Shown: positions 14,735 through 27,154, numbered from the stretch's first letter. The stretch is 64,000 nucleotides of DNA from Octopus vulgaris (GCA_951406725.2 OX597839.1:6138001-6202000), one strand, 5' to 3'. The notes: a model not told the origin generated them from the sequence alone. A program made the numbers and translations.

Positions 14735-14841
14735 TAGTGCCTGGTGTACCCTTATCAGACGGGTAGTCATGATGGGTATATTGGGCTTCGTATATTTTAC
14801 CCCAGTGTCACTTTGATGGCATGAACTGCTCTCTCACTCAA
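14735..14841 (+). mobile_element. Short retroelement 3' fragment in (AAT)n, possibly R4/Dong-type
   Basis: Flanked on both sides by (AAT)n and ends CTCTCTCACTC(AAT)n; related shorter fragment at ~14895-14980; Dong elements are known to target TAA repeats. Confidence 0.5.
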
Positions 14842-14861
14842 TAATAATAATAATAATAATG

Positions 14862-14897
<36 letters not shown>

Positions 14898-15761
14898 GTG
14901 CCTAGTGTTCCTTTCAGACTAGTCATGATGGGTATCATTGTCATTTGACTGCGGCCATGCATGGACTGCACTCTCCTTAATAATAATAATAATAATGATA
15001 ATAATAATAATAATAATTCTTTCTATTTCCTTTTACTTGTTTCAGTCATTTTGGTTGAAAAACCATTTGGTTCTGCTCAGGACAGGATTGAACACTGGCC
15101 AGAAACTCCAGTATGTTCTTTGCTGGTGGTTATCTACACCTTTACCTACAAGGCTACCTAGACTCCCAGTGGCTACCTAGACTCTAATAATAATAATAAT
15201 AATAATAAAAATAAAATAATAATAACAACAACAATGACAACATCAGCACCATTTTCATTGTTTCGTGAACTATTTCATTTATACGTGTACCAAATTTCTA
15301 AAAAAAATGTTTCCATTTATATATATATTCTTTATATTTCGGTACTTTCATTTCGGCAACCTAAGACTGCGAAGTTTTCTAAACTTTCACATTCCATAGA
15401 TCATCATCCAATATTTTACCATTCCTACTCCGCCCCCCACCACACACACACACTGAAGTATACAAAGTCCCTTCTTTCGTTGTATCTCCTCTCTCTTCCC
15501 TTCACCTCACAAACGCTTTATCCAATATCCACCGTAACCTATTTAACCCCGTCGTCACACACCTCCCTCCGGTCCCCTTTATCCGTGTTTCCCTGTGCAC
15601 ACACACACAAACAAACAATCACACCACACGCTCCAAACAGCTTAAACCAACAGCTCCCACAAACTCCTTTCCAAAAACTCTTGAGACAAAATACCCCACC
15701 CACATACTACGTTACAAACCATTATACGCACTGCACAAAACTTCATGCTCCACCACTACCA

Positions 15762-15799
<38 letters not shown>

Positions 15800-16002
15800 C
15801 CTTTTTTCTTTTTCCTACTCCAAACCCTTTATCCGACATACCACATCTACCTTCTTACCGAACCCCGTAACTCAAACATCGACTCGAAACCTTCATTTCT
15901 AACAATTTGTTGTTTTCAAACCTATCATTTCAATTACATATAACATTGTATACACAAATACATGTATATACATACGCATACACATATTTACATACGCACT
16001 CA

Positions 16003-16042
<40 letters not shown>

Positions 16043-16421
16043 TAATAAATAAAATATATGCATACATACAAACATATATGTACGTACCGACATCTACATG
16101 TATATATACATGCATATATAAATATATATACGTACAGGACACCACAAAAAGACGTAGAACTCAACAGAAACGAAAATGGAAAAGCCATTTTGTTACAACA
16201 GAAAGACAGAGACGTGTAACAGGACGAGAACGAAAACGGGAAAAACATTATTTACAACAGAAAAACAAGGTACAGGACATGCTACACAAGGAAAAATCCC
16301 CTTCATCAGCTGTCGAATTTTCGAATTTTCGCTTCGTTCCGTTTCTTTCCTCCCAGTATTGTTTTATTATATATATATATATATATATACACACAATAAA
16401 TATATATATTTATTATTATTA

Positions 16422-16530
16422 TGAGGGCGTGCTGAAAATTTTCTGGTTTGGGGTAAAATACAAAGCAGGAATACTCCCCTATCAGATTCACACACTTATA
16501 GCAGCGATCCTTTAATTTTCCTAAACCCTG
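16422..16530 (-). mobile_element. Mariner relic: transposase C-terminus plus terminal inverted repeat
   Basis: Minus strand translates GLGKLKDRCYKCVNLIGEY, resembling the mariner C-terminal G..KL..RW.KC...G.Y motif; TA followed by TGAGGGCGTGCTGAAAA resembles a mariner TIR. Confidence 0.7.
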
Positions 16531-16539
16531 GAAAAGTTA

Positions 16540-16760
16540 TGGGTACGCTAAGTTACGGGTACGTAAACACACCAGCATCGGTTGTCAAGCGATGTTGGAG
16601 GAGGGACAAACACACACACATATATGTATATATATATATATATATATAAACTTTCTGTCTACAATATCCGCTCACAAGGCCTTGGTCGGCCGGAAGCTAG
16701 AGCTCAACATGCCCCGCACTGGGACGGAACTAGGAACCATGTCGTTGGGAAGCAAGCTTA
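16540..16760 (-). mobile_element. Degenerate SINE group B
   Basis: GTAAACACACCAGCATCGGTTGTCAAGC...CTCACAAGGCCTTGGTCGGCC...GGAACCATGT. Confidence 0.7.
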
Positions 16761-16762
16761 GA

Positions 16763-16815
<53 letters not shown>

Positions 16816-16819
<4 letters not shown>

Positions 16820-16994
16820 AGAGTTTACAAAAAAAAAAAAAAAGACGAAGACAGATGGTGTAGAAAACAAACAGATGTTTTAGTATAACGCTCAGGAATA
16901 GAAAAACGTCTTTTACGTTTCAAGCCTACGTTCTTCTACAGAAAGGGACACAGAAAACAAGGAGAGAAAAAATGTGTGTAGTGGCTAACGATCT
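16816..16994 (-). mobile_element. Short Penelope-like element with hammerhead-like core, adjacent to (TA)n
   Basis: Homologous to 20875-21104; minus strand GTCCCTTT-CTGTAGA-AGAACGTAGGCTT-GAAAC-GTA-AAAGAC. Confidence 0.6.
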
Positions 16995-17021
16995 ATCTCT
17001 CTCTCTATATATATATATAGT

Positions 17022-17183
17022 GGTGCAGGCGGGGCTGTGTGGTTAGAAGATTGCTTCCCAACCTCATGGTTCCGGGTTCAGTCCTAATGTGTGACATCTT
17101 GGTCAAGTGACTTCTATTACAGCCTCGGGACGACCAAAGCCTTGTGAGTTCATTTCGTTGATGAAAACTGAAAGAAGCTCGTC

Positions 17184-17237
<54 letters not shown>

Positions 17238-17414
17238 TCCCCACCACCGCTTGGTTTGTTTGCGTCCCCGTAACAAAGTGGTTGGGCAAAAATGTCTGAT
17301 AAATTAAGTACCACGCTAAGAAGAAAAAAATGAGAACTGAAGTCGATCCATTCGACTTTAAAATTCTTCCTCAAGGCGATGCCCCAGCATGGCCAGTCTA
17401 ATTAGTAAAACAAG
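17022..17414 (+). mobile_element. SINE group B, diverged near full-length copy
   Basis: Head GGCTGTGTGGTTAGAAG...GGTTCAGTCC, internal (TA)n(TG)n, tail AAGGCGATGCCCCAGCATGGCC. Confidence 0.8.
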
Positions 17415-17427
17415 ATGTGCGTCTATG

Positions 17428-17478
<51 letters not shown>

Positions 17479-17795
17479 ATCCTTAACACTGATGGATAAT
17501 GTTACAATGAAACTGACCCCCGACATATCTAGTACACCGCCACCACCACCACCACCACTGATATTACTAATATTGTTATCCCCACCCCCACCGCACATCA
17601 CACGCTTAATGACAGTATGTGTAAGCGACCCTAATACCGCCGTTACCACCACCACCGACAGCTAAGCAGAGAACATCTCCTAAATTCCCAGTCACAAGTA
17701 TTACACAGAACCAATACCACAGGACATGGAAATGCTGCAAAGGAGGAATGGAAGACATTCGAAACTCAGAAACGATAAAGAGAGATCGGGGGAAT

Positions 17796-17889
17796 GAGCG
17801 GTGGGGTGGGGTGAGCGGTGGGGTGGGGTGAGCGGTGGGGGTGGGGTGAGCGGTGGGGGTGGGGTGAGAGGTGGGGGTGGGGGTGAGCG
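17796..17889 (+). repeat. G-rich 17-19-bp minisatellite (GAGCGGTGGGG[G]TGGGGT)n with G-quadruplex potential
   Basis: About five tandem units, each with two G4-5 tracts. Confidence 0.85.
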
Positions 17890-18153
17890 ACGAAAAGATG
17901 GCTTAGGGAAATGGGAGATGGACCCACTTCGCTACATCCTCTAAGATGGCGACCACTCTACTCGACAGCAGATGCCAATAAAGGCTCTTCCCTTTAAACA
18001 AGACACGATGGCTTTCAATAATAACAACAACTACATCAATAATAATGTGAGGTTCCAGTCGTCTTCATTTGTCATTAGAATATAGCGAAGTCGAAATATG
18101 GACGGAAATAATGTAAACCTCTTTACTGTTACTTTTTAGACATTCCACGTGCT

Positions 18154-18603
<450 letters not shown>

Positions 18604-18624
18604 ATGCAGTCTGTGATTTTAGTT

Positions 18625-18960
18625 TCAAATGCTGCCACAAGGCCAGCGATTTCAAGGGGCGGTGCTAAGTCGATTACATCGATCCCCATGGTGGAATTTG
18701 AACTCAGAACGTAACCGCAGACGAAATACCTATTTCTTTATTACCCACAAGGGGCTAACCACAGAGGGGACAAACAAGGACAGACATAGGTATTAAGTCG
18801 ATTATATCGACCCCAGTGCGTAACTGGTACTTAATTTATCGACCCCGAAAGGATGAAAAGCAAAGTCGACCTCGGCGGAATTTGAACTCACAACGTAACG
18901 CAGACGAAATACCGTAAAGCATTTCGCCCGGCGTGCTAACGTTTCTGCCAGCTCGCTGCC
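18625..18960 (-). mobile_element. SINE group C full copy (18730-18960), partial second unit (18693-18729) and alternative tail fragment
   Basis: Meta-like domain; minus-strand junction AAAGAAATAG|GTATTTCGTCTGC. Confidence 0.88.
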
Positions 18961-18963
18961 TAT

Positions 18964-19056
<93 letters not shown>

Positions 19057-19964
19057 ATATATATATACACACACACATACATATAACAGCAATTTGGTGA
19101 GGCGGGACTGAGTCGTTTACTCAACTGGCACTTATTTTATTGACACCGAAAGGATAAAACAAAATAGATCCCGGGAGAATAATTCGGTCTATCATATTGA
19201 CCGCAGTACTTATTTCGGACGAATATTTTCTTATCGCTCTCTAGTTATCGAACTGTTAAGTTACTTTATCTTTAACATAAGGGTAGGCAACTCAACGCAG
19301 TGTAATTTGCTTCAATATGAGTGTCACTCTCTTATTTGTCCATAACAGCCCACACTGTTGGGTAACTGTAGATGAGAAATTATAAAAGGAAAAGTGTAGG
19401 GGCGAGAGAGAGAGAGAGAACGAGCAAGACAGAGAGAGAGAGAGGAGAGAGAGAGAGACAGAAGGAGAGAGAGAGAGAGAAGAAGAAGAGACAGAAAGAG
19501 AGAGGAGAAAGAGAGGAGCAGAAGAGGAGAGATAGAGCTGAAAAGGTAGAAAAATTGAAAGAGAACAAAGCCAGAGAAAGAAGGTGACGGAGAGGGAGAA
19601 CGAGAAAAAGGAGGAGGGAGGGAGAGATGGGGCAGTTGAAGAGAGAGGCAGCGGGAGACAAGAAGAGGGAGAGAGAGAGACAGGGAGAGGGGTGAGTCAT
19701 GGAGAGGGGTGAGACAGAGAGAGAGGGGTGAGAGGAGGGGGTAAGAGACAGAGAAAGGGCGGAAAAGGGCGAGAGAGAGAGAGAGAGAGGGGAAGAGAAA
19801 GGTAGACAGAGCGAGGGAGGGGAAAAGGGAGAGGAAAAAAATGGTGGAAGTGATAAAGAAGTTAGCGAGAGAAAGAAGTTGGATGACAGGAGTCATCGCC
19901 AGGGGGCAGCCAAAGCGGGGGGGAGATGTCGAGGGGGTGGGTGGGGCAGAGAGGACGGCAATAC

Positions 19965-20168
19965 CTTAGTGACACCTGATGGCCAGAGAATGGTATAATG
20001 ATCGAAAACCATTATACCGAGCAATGCAGGCAAGGTCGCTAACCCAGATATGTCAACCAGCTGAAGGAGAACGTCAGCTTAGCAAAACAAACCGACAGCT
20101 GCCTTCATCTTTGAAGCCAGACATTGTGTGGTGGATGCCGAAACCACACATAGGTAAGGTAAGGTAAG
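19965..20168 (+). mobile_element. Putative non-autonomous RTE/RTEX-derived element with (GGTAA)n tail
   Basis: CAACCAGCTGAAGGAGAACGTCAGCT resembles RTE 5'UTR motifs; 3' stem-loop TGTGTGGT-N10-ACCACACA followed by AGGTAAGGTAAGGTAAG. Confidence 0.5.
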
Positions 20169-20378
20169 AGAAAGACAGCTTACTCAACTTGACCTAAGCT
20201 TTCTCTTCTGTGCTCCACCCCACTTTCTCTCCGTAGCCATCCTCTCCCATTCCTTGTGTCTCAGGAAGAACCGGTAGATAGGAAGAGCAAATTCATGACA
20301 ACAGCTTCCATCGTGCACACACACAGTCAGCAGTAATACCGACAATTTCATTTTTAGCAAGATAGTAATGTAAAACTA

Positions 20379-20436
<58 letters not shown>

Positions 20437-20441
20437 ATATA

Positions 20442-20823
20442 TCTTTATATATAAAACTGTAGTTGTGTGAGTGTCTGTCCCCTTCGATTTAGATTCCTAA
20501 CTACTCCCACATTTTGCGGTGCAGTTTAACCAAAACCGGGTATCTTATAGTCGTGATTCATATCGAGCCCTTCTGGGTATTAGCGCTTGTCTACGATGAG
20601 TCTACGATTTTAAAAATAATTTACCATCATTTTTTCCATTTTCATGCATATTTTTTTAAAGGGAAGTAACTCTCTAAAAATGTCTACGATGAGTCAACGA
20701 TTTAAAAAAAAATTTACCGTCATATTTTTTCCATTTTTAATGCATTTTTTTGGCTATAACTCTCTAAAAATGCTGTATAGTTATTTCCATTACAAACCCG
20801 AGCAACGCCGGGCGATACTGCTA

Positions 20824-20824
<1 letters not shown>
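20442..20824 (+). mobile_element. Non-autonomous Helitron
   Basis: 5' TC (A|TCTTTATATATAAAA), subterminal hairpin CCCGAGCAACGCCGGG (20797-20812), 3' CTAG|T; inserted between A and T; second copy at ~54900-55298. Confidence 0.88.
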
Positions 20825-20874
<50 letters not shown>

Positions 20875-20877
<3 letters not shown>

Positions 20878-21104
20878 CTTTTGTCGTCTCTTCCTTCTTT
20901 GAATGTCCTTACTCTGTTTTCTCTAGTCTGCACCCGTTATTTTCTCCTTGTTTCTCTCCTCCTTTTTTCTGTGTCCCTTTCTGTAGAAGAGCGTAGGCTC
21001 GAAACATAAAAGACTTTTTCTATTCCTGAGCGTTATACTAATACATCTATTTGTTTTGTACACCACCCGCCTTCGTCTTTTGTTTTTTTTTCGTAAACTC
21101 TCCC
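20875..21104 (+). mobile_element. Short Penelope-like element with hammerhead-like core, flanked by (TA)n
   Basis: GTCCCTTT-CTGTAGA-A-GAGC-GTAG-GCTC-GAAAC-ATA-AAAGAC at 20973-21014; homologous to 16816-16994. Confidence 0.6.
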
Positions 21105-22009
21105 TATATATATATCACCGTCACTAAAACAAATGACCAAGAGTGAATTATTCACTTTTTGGTTTTAAATAGCGTCTAACCACCTTAATTATTTTATGCC
21201 CACACACACGTATATACACGCACACATACATAAGGTAGGCATTATCACAATTTCTAACTAGCAAAATTCAGTTTGCCATTGGTTAATCCGAAAGAGCAGG
21301 AGCTTAGGGATCGATCCCTGAACCATGTGGTAACGGGGTTAGCGTCTCAACCTACAAACCTGCTCTACCGAAGGCTGTTTTTGTTTAGCACAGATCTTAA
21401 AATTAGTATGGACCCACAGCTCCCAAAAGCCGAATGAGTAAAGTTCACTTCGGCTCAATTACAAGGAATATGTCACAACAGTTCTTGGATGAAACAATAA
21501 GTATGATAAGGAATCAACACTACTTCGACGATGCGCGCGCACACACTCACACACAGATGCTATCAAAATTCTTGGATCAAAAGATTGCTTGACTGTACCA
21601 TCGGCAGCGATTCGAAGTGACAAACTGTTTTCCATCACAGCGAACATAACAGAACTATAAATTCTATCTGGAAGAAGCTGTAAGGTATTCCTCTAATTAG
21701 AAGGACGTCCAGAAGAAGAAGAGTAGGATGAAGCAGAAGAAGAATGTGGCGAAAACGAATAAGAAGGAGTTTAAAGTGCTACAAAACCGGACGATCAAAA
21801 GGGAGGAGAGAGGGAGAGAGTGAAAGAGAGCGAGGGATTGAGGTATAAATGGGAGTAAAAGTGAGGGACAAAATATTGCATGAAAGGAAGGCAAAAGTGA
21901 AAGTAGAAGAGGAGGAGGGAGAGTAAGAAAGCGTAGATGAGAGGAGGAAAGAGAGAATTGAGTAATGAGTAATGAACATAAGTCAGAAAGAAGAACCGTT
22001 AAGTTGGCG

Positions 22010-22082
<73 letters not shown>

Positions 22083-22124
22083 CATTGACTCTTGAAATCA
22101 GTTCAAATATGATATACATACATG

Positions 22125-22164
<40 letters not shown>

Positions 22165-22169
22165 TTTTG

Positions 22170-22385
22170 TACTTGTTTCAGTCATTTGACTGCGGCCATG
22201 CTGGAGCACCGCCTTTAGAGTGGTGAAAGAGTACAGCAGGGATCACCACCTCCTGCCGGAGCCTCGTGGAGCTTTTAGGTGTTTTTTTCGCTCAATAAAC
22301 ACACACAACGCCCGGTCTGGGAATCGAAACCGCGATCCTCCGACTGCAAGTCCGCTGCCCTAACCACTAGGCCATTGCGCCTCCA
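22170..22385 (-). mobile_element. Chimeric SINE: group A head plus group B tail
   Basis: Minus strand: A head to TACTCTTTCACCACTCT, then directly AAAGGCGGTGCTCCAGCATGGCCGCAGTCAAATGACTGAAACAAGT. Confidence 0.85.
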
Positions 22386-22388
22386 CGA

Positions 22389-22441
<53 letters not shown>

Positions 22442-23462
22442 ACATGAGTACGTTCAATGATGAGAAACAAGACGGCGTAAGCTAAAACAAGATGGCAGAT
22501 TACTTTCCACCTGAACGAGTTCCTTCCGTGAACTCGATAAATCATAATCAGTTTAGAGACGAAAATCGAACGAACGAACGAACACATGCACACACAGTTA
22601 TTCACACGCGCACACACGCACGGATACATACACACATACGTATTCACACAAATACACACATACATAGACATACACACACACACACACACACACAATCTTG
22701 AACTGCAAAACAAAATGGCCGCCATCAGTCTTTTCTTCAACATCAAATGTATACACGCTCACATATACGCACATACGCAAACGCATACACGCGAACGCAC
22801 ACAAAGACGTTTATTATCGAATGATTTCTTTGATTTGCGAGGCATTGACGTTCTTCGTTAGAGTATATTAATTTTATTTAAGAGTGTTGATGGTGTTAAA
22901 GGAGGGGATGCGATGGCGCAGGGGGTTGGACGAGTTGTTCAGATATTAAATTCTGGGAAACTATCATTGCGAAAAGTGGATGCTATCTAATAAAGTATAA
23001 GTGGATAAAGGTGATGGAATCTGCCTTGACATACGGGGTTTGTTAAGTTTGTTAAGCTCACAGAAGCAGGCAGAGAAACTGTGAAGTTAAGGTGTTGGTT
23101 TACTAATTATATTTATCCAATGAAGGCCACAGCTCCTAACACTATACATTTATACATTTCCTAATTCATCTTATATATATATATATATATATATATTACA
23201 TAATCGAGTTCAAATCATGCTATTATGCATCCACATTATCGAATAGACATTGCAAGTAGGAAATGTTTCCGCAGCATGCGCTGAAATTCCTAGGAAGAAG
23301 CTGTAGACGCAGTGTTTACAGCGAAATCCTTCTTCGCTAAGAGATGTTGGTGCTAGATGCACCTACAGGAGAAAAATGGCGTATATGCATATGTGTTGTT
23401 TGTATGTATAAATATGTATGCGCATATATATATATATGTATAGATATATATGTGTGTGTGTG

Positions 23463-23511
<49 letters not shown>

Positions 23512-23674
23512 GTGTGTGTGTGTTTTTTAAATAGTTCGATTCGGCGTGTTTTTAAAACAGTTCATGCGACTTCTAACACAAGTCGTCTCGCTCAGGCTCA
23601 GAATGTAACTCCTATTAAATATGTTGAGAGCTCTTTTCCTTCGTTTGTCCACAGTGTATGTGTGTATATATATA

Positions 23675-23968
23675 TCACGTGATCACGTGACCGACCAGAC
23701 CATCAGATGTTGTTACACATCGCTGGTCACAATGCGTTCGCATTGTTTTAGCCTTCGAATGACGCCACCCCGCTGGCTAAGCGAGCAGGCCAACAGAAGA
23801 AAGAGTGGGTGAAAGAGTACAGCAGGGATCACCACCCCCTGCCGGAGCCTCGTGGAGCTTTTAGGTGTTTTCGCTCAATAAACACACACAACGCCCGGTC
23901 TGGGAATCGAAACCGCGATCCTGCGACCGCGAGTCCGCTGCCTTAATCACTAGGCCATTGCGCCTCCA
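23675..23968 (-). mobile_element. SINE with group A head and a third, unrelated tail
   Basis: Minus strand: A head to TACTCTTTCACCCACTCT, then TTCTTCTGTTGGCCTGCTCGC...GGTCTGGTCGGTCACGTGATCACGTGA(TA)n. Confidence 0.85.
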
Positions 23969-23989
23969 CATATATATATATATGGACAA

Positions 23990-24283
23990 CTACTTGTACT
24001 TGTGGCGACATTCACCCTGGGCGGGTTGAGTCGACTTCTTCTAAGCGGTCCCCAACAATCCCGCATGTAGAGACATCCTGTTTGCCGCAGATTGTCCGCA
24101 GACGCAGGGACAGAACGACCGAGGAGCCGCCGGTTGCCGAAACAGACACTGCGAGGATTTTTACCAGAGCCCCTTCTGCCGGGTTGTGGCCCTAATACCA
24201 CTCGGTGTCAGACCAATCCGCCTTGGGTGGCCCTACCAGGAACCGAAGTTCCCGACGGCATAGCTGTGACACTACCCATTGCT
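23990..24283 (-). mobile_element. Bipartite non-autonomous RTE derivative (RTE 5'UTR-like segment plus RTE 3' tail)
   Basis: Minus strand AGCTATGCCGTCGGGAAC-TTCG-GTTCCTGGTAGGGCCACCCAAGGC resembles RTE 5'UTRs; ends CTCAACCCGCCCAGGGTGAATGTCGCCACAAGTACAAGTA, like the RTE tail at 45600-45640. Confidence 0.65.
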
Positions 24284-24285
24284 AG

Positions 24286-24425
24286 CGTAGGAGTGGCTGT
24301 GTGGTAAGTAGCTTGCTTACCAACCACATGGTTCCGGGTTCAGTCCCACTGTGTGGCACCTTGAGCAAGTGTCTTCTACTATAGCTTCGGGCCAGCATGG
24401 ACAACGAACGTTAAATGATGATGAA
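24286..24425 (+). mobile_element. Group B head joined to a different (GAT)n-ended tail
   Basis: B head to ACTATAGCTTCGGGCC, then AGCATGGACAACGAACGTTAAATGATGATGA. Confidence 0.7.
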
Positions 24426-24508
24426 GATTATGATGTATCTTTCGTTAGTGTCAATATGTATGATTTCTGTTGTGCGTGCGTCTAAGAGAAAGATGAAGTG
24501 ATTGAAAG

Positions 24509-24547
<39 letters not shown>

Positions 24548-24850
24548 CAGATAGACAGACAGACAGACAAAGGAGAAGAGACAGAGATCTGAAGGGCATG
24601 TATGTGGTCGGTTTGCGTGTTCCCTCCTTACCGCAATATCTCATTGTAACTATGTTTATTATGTCAAAAATGGAAATGGATAACCGGCAAAAAAGAAAGG
24701 AAAAAAAATGACTATGAAGAAAATTAAAATGAAGAGGAGTAGGAGGAGGAGGTAGAAGACGAAAAAATGATCGATGGCAAAGAAATGCAACTGGCACCGG
24801 ACGGCGGTATAAAGTTGCATGCTGCATTTTTCTGCAATCACTTTGCTTCC

Positions 24851-24895
<45 letters not shown>

Positions 24896-26289
24896 TTGAT
24901 AATAATAATAATAATAATAATAAGAGCAATAACGAGGAGGCAGAAAAAGATGTCTCTCCACCCCATCTCACCACAGCAACAAAAATCTATCCGGCATATT
25001 TTAAATATCCAAATGAGGTTCCGATTACCATGCCCGTTGCCCTCGAGAAAAAAAAAAACAAAAAAAAAAACAAAAAAAAAAAACTTCCCACCTCCATAAC
25101 TTCACCTCGGACGAAGGAACGGGATGGGTGCCTTATCACCTAAAACATCTCCTATAATCCTAACCATTTGCCATCCACCGTTCCATGTCACATAGACAGA
25201 AGCGGTTCTCTTATGAGAGAGAGATACAATTTGCCAGATCAGCCAAAATTATTATTACTACTAATTTTATCTATTTATTTATTTATTTGAATTTCCCATT
25301 ATCCTCCTCCTCTTCATTTTCCTCTTCCTTCCTCATCGTTGTCATTACCAAGGTTTGACCTCTGCGGAAACTCCATCTCCGAAACAGTCTGGTTTATCAT
25401 GCATCATACATTGGATCCCTCTCTGCACTGCACTCCCACTCAAACCTATCCCTACCTACCTACACACACTCTATGGACTAGAGTTTTAAATAACCATATC
25501 ATAGAGAGAGAGAGCGAGACTATGTAAATGAGAAAGAGAGGTGAGAAGACAAGTCAACGGAGACAGAATGTCTAAATTTGATATCATTTGATGGAGGGAG
25601 CAGTTAGAAAACGAACGGAAGAGACAAGAGAACCGAAATAGAAAGGGAGACAACCAAGAGAAAAATGAAAGAAAATGAGAGATGGATACGACAATATACA
25701 TACATTATATATGCACATCTGAGCGTGTATGTGTATGTATATATATATATGGGAAATGTAACAGATCCAATATGATACATACACACAACATAATTAGATA
25801 AATGTTTTTAAATTGGGTATAAAAATGAGTTGCATTTTATATTTTTGAAATTGAAAAATCACAGCTCCCAGTATCACTTTTCCGATCCTCAAGTAAGCAT
25901 CAACCAATAGTTGTCATGTTTCTGACTGTTGAACATGACATTTTTCAAAGTCCAGCGGTGTGTGTGTATGTGTGAATAATCGTTTTTAACAATCCAACTC
26001 GATACAGAACTATGAGTATCTTTGGGTGGAAAAAGCCCGATATGTTAATATAGCTTTACCTACTGCGATGTCTCTCGCTAAGAATCGGTATGTTTCATGT
26101 CTCTCCAAGTTTCTAAAGCAGTAGAAATTATTCAGTAACAGCTGACTATTCACTACCGCAGCTAGTTTCTCCGTGAAAAGACTCGTTTAGTTTCCTTTGG
26201 GATAATTAAGACACAACCTATACGATTGGTGTGTTACAAAATACCAACGAGTCAATTAATGAAGGAGAATGGGGTCAACAATTGACACC

Positions 26290-26520
26290 TTACGCAGTAG
26301 CTTGACCTGCTACAAATATAAATCAAATCTTCTCTCACACACTTTTTCTTCTCAAATCACACACTACCTTGTAAAACGAATGGTATTATCTAAGGGATGT
26401 GTGCTTAGGGTCTTGTATGTTGTGCATCTACTATGAAGAAAAGTTTAAAAAGATGGGACGATCCCAGCTGTGATACCTCTGATCACGCATGTTGCTTGAT
26501 TAGGGTCTAGGCTCAAGCAA
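26290..26520 (+). mobile_element. Old dispersed repeat family (consensus-like motifs GAAATAGCAGCCAAATC and TGATCA...GCTGAC.TGGGG); other fragments near 5765, 6550, 41200-41480 (-), 44055, 47600, 47905 and 52230-52400 (-)
   Basis: Recurrent degenerate motifs shared among the listed loci; this copy is highly diverged. Confidence 0.5.
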
Positions 26521-26994
26521 TTATCACTAATGACAACCACAATAACAACAACAACAACAAAATATCAATTTTTAGGTTAACCGTCTGAAAAATAATCATA
26601 TATTAATATTAAATAACTGTTCAAAAACAAGCATTACAATATTAGGAAAATAATACAGAATATATTTGACATATTATTAAAATAAAACAGGATAAAGAGG
26701 GGAAGAGAGAGGTGGGAAACAGAGAGAGAGAGAAAGAGAAATTTAGGTATTTAATTTTGTTTTTAAAGCGTATTTATATGAATGGAGGTAATGCGGAGAA
26801 ACCTTCAGCAAATTCTGCCACCTATAATGCGGTTTAAGTGCTGTTACCGGTAAACAAAATATATTGCCCGGCTAAAATTTTTTTATTTGTGTTTCCATAG
26901 CTGTTTGACGATTTTATTTATTTATTTTAGTTATTTAGTTATTTTGCAGAACGTATATATGAAATTTACAACTAAAAATATGTGTTTATATATA

Positions 26995-27019
26995 TAACTT
27001 TTTATTTTTATTTTGATTA

Positions 27020-27058
<39 letters not shown>

Positions 27059-27154
27059 CTTTTTATTTTGATTATATATATATATATATATATATATAAC
27101 TTTTTATTTTGATTATATATATATATATATATATATATATAACTTTTTATTTTG

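Noticed and set aside
15234-15902. 222-aa ORF
   Set aside because: Low-complexity C/A-rich sequence with (CA)n; no recognisable domain
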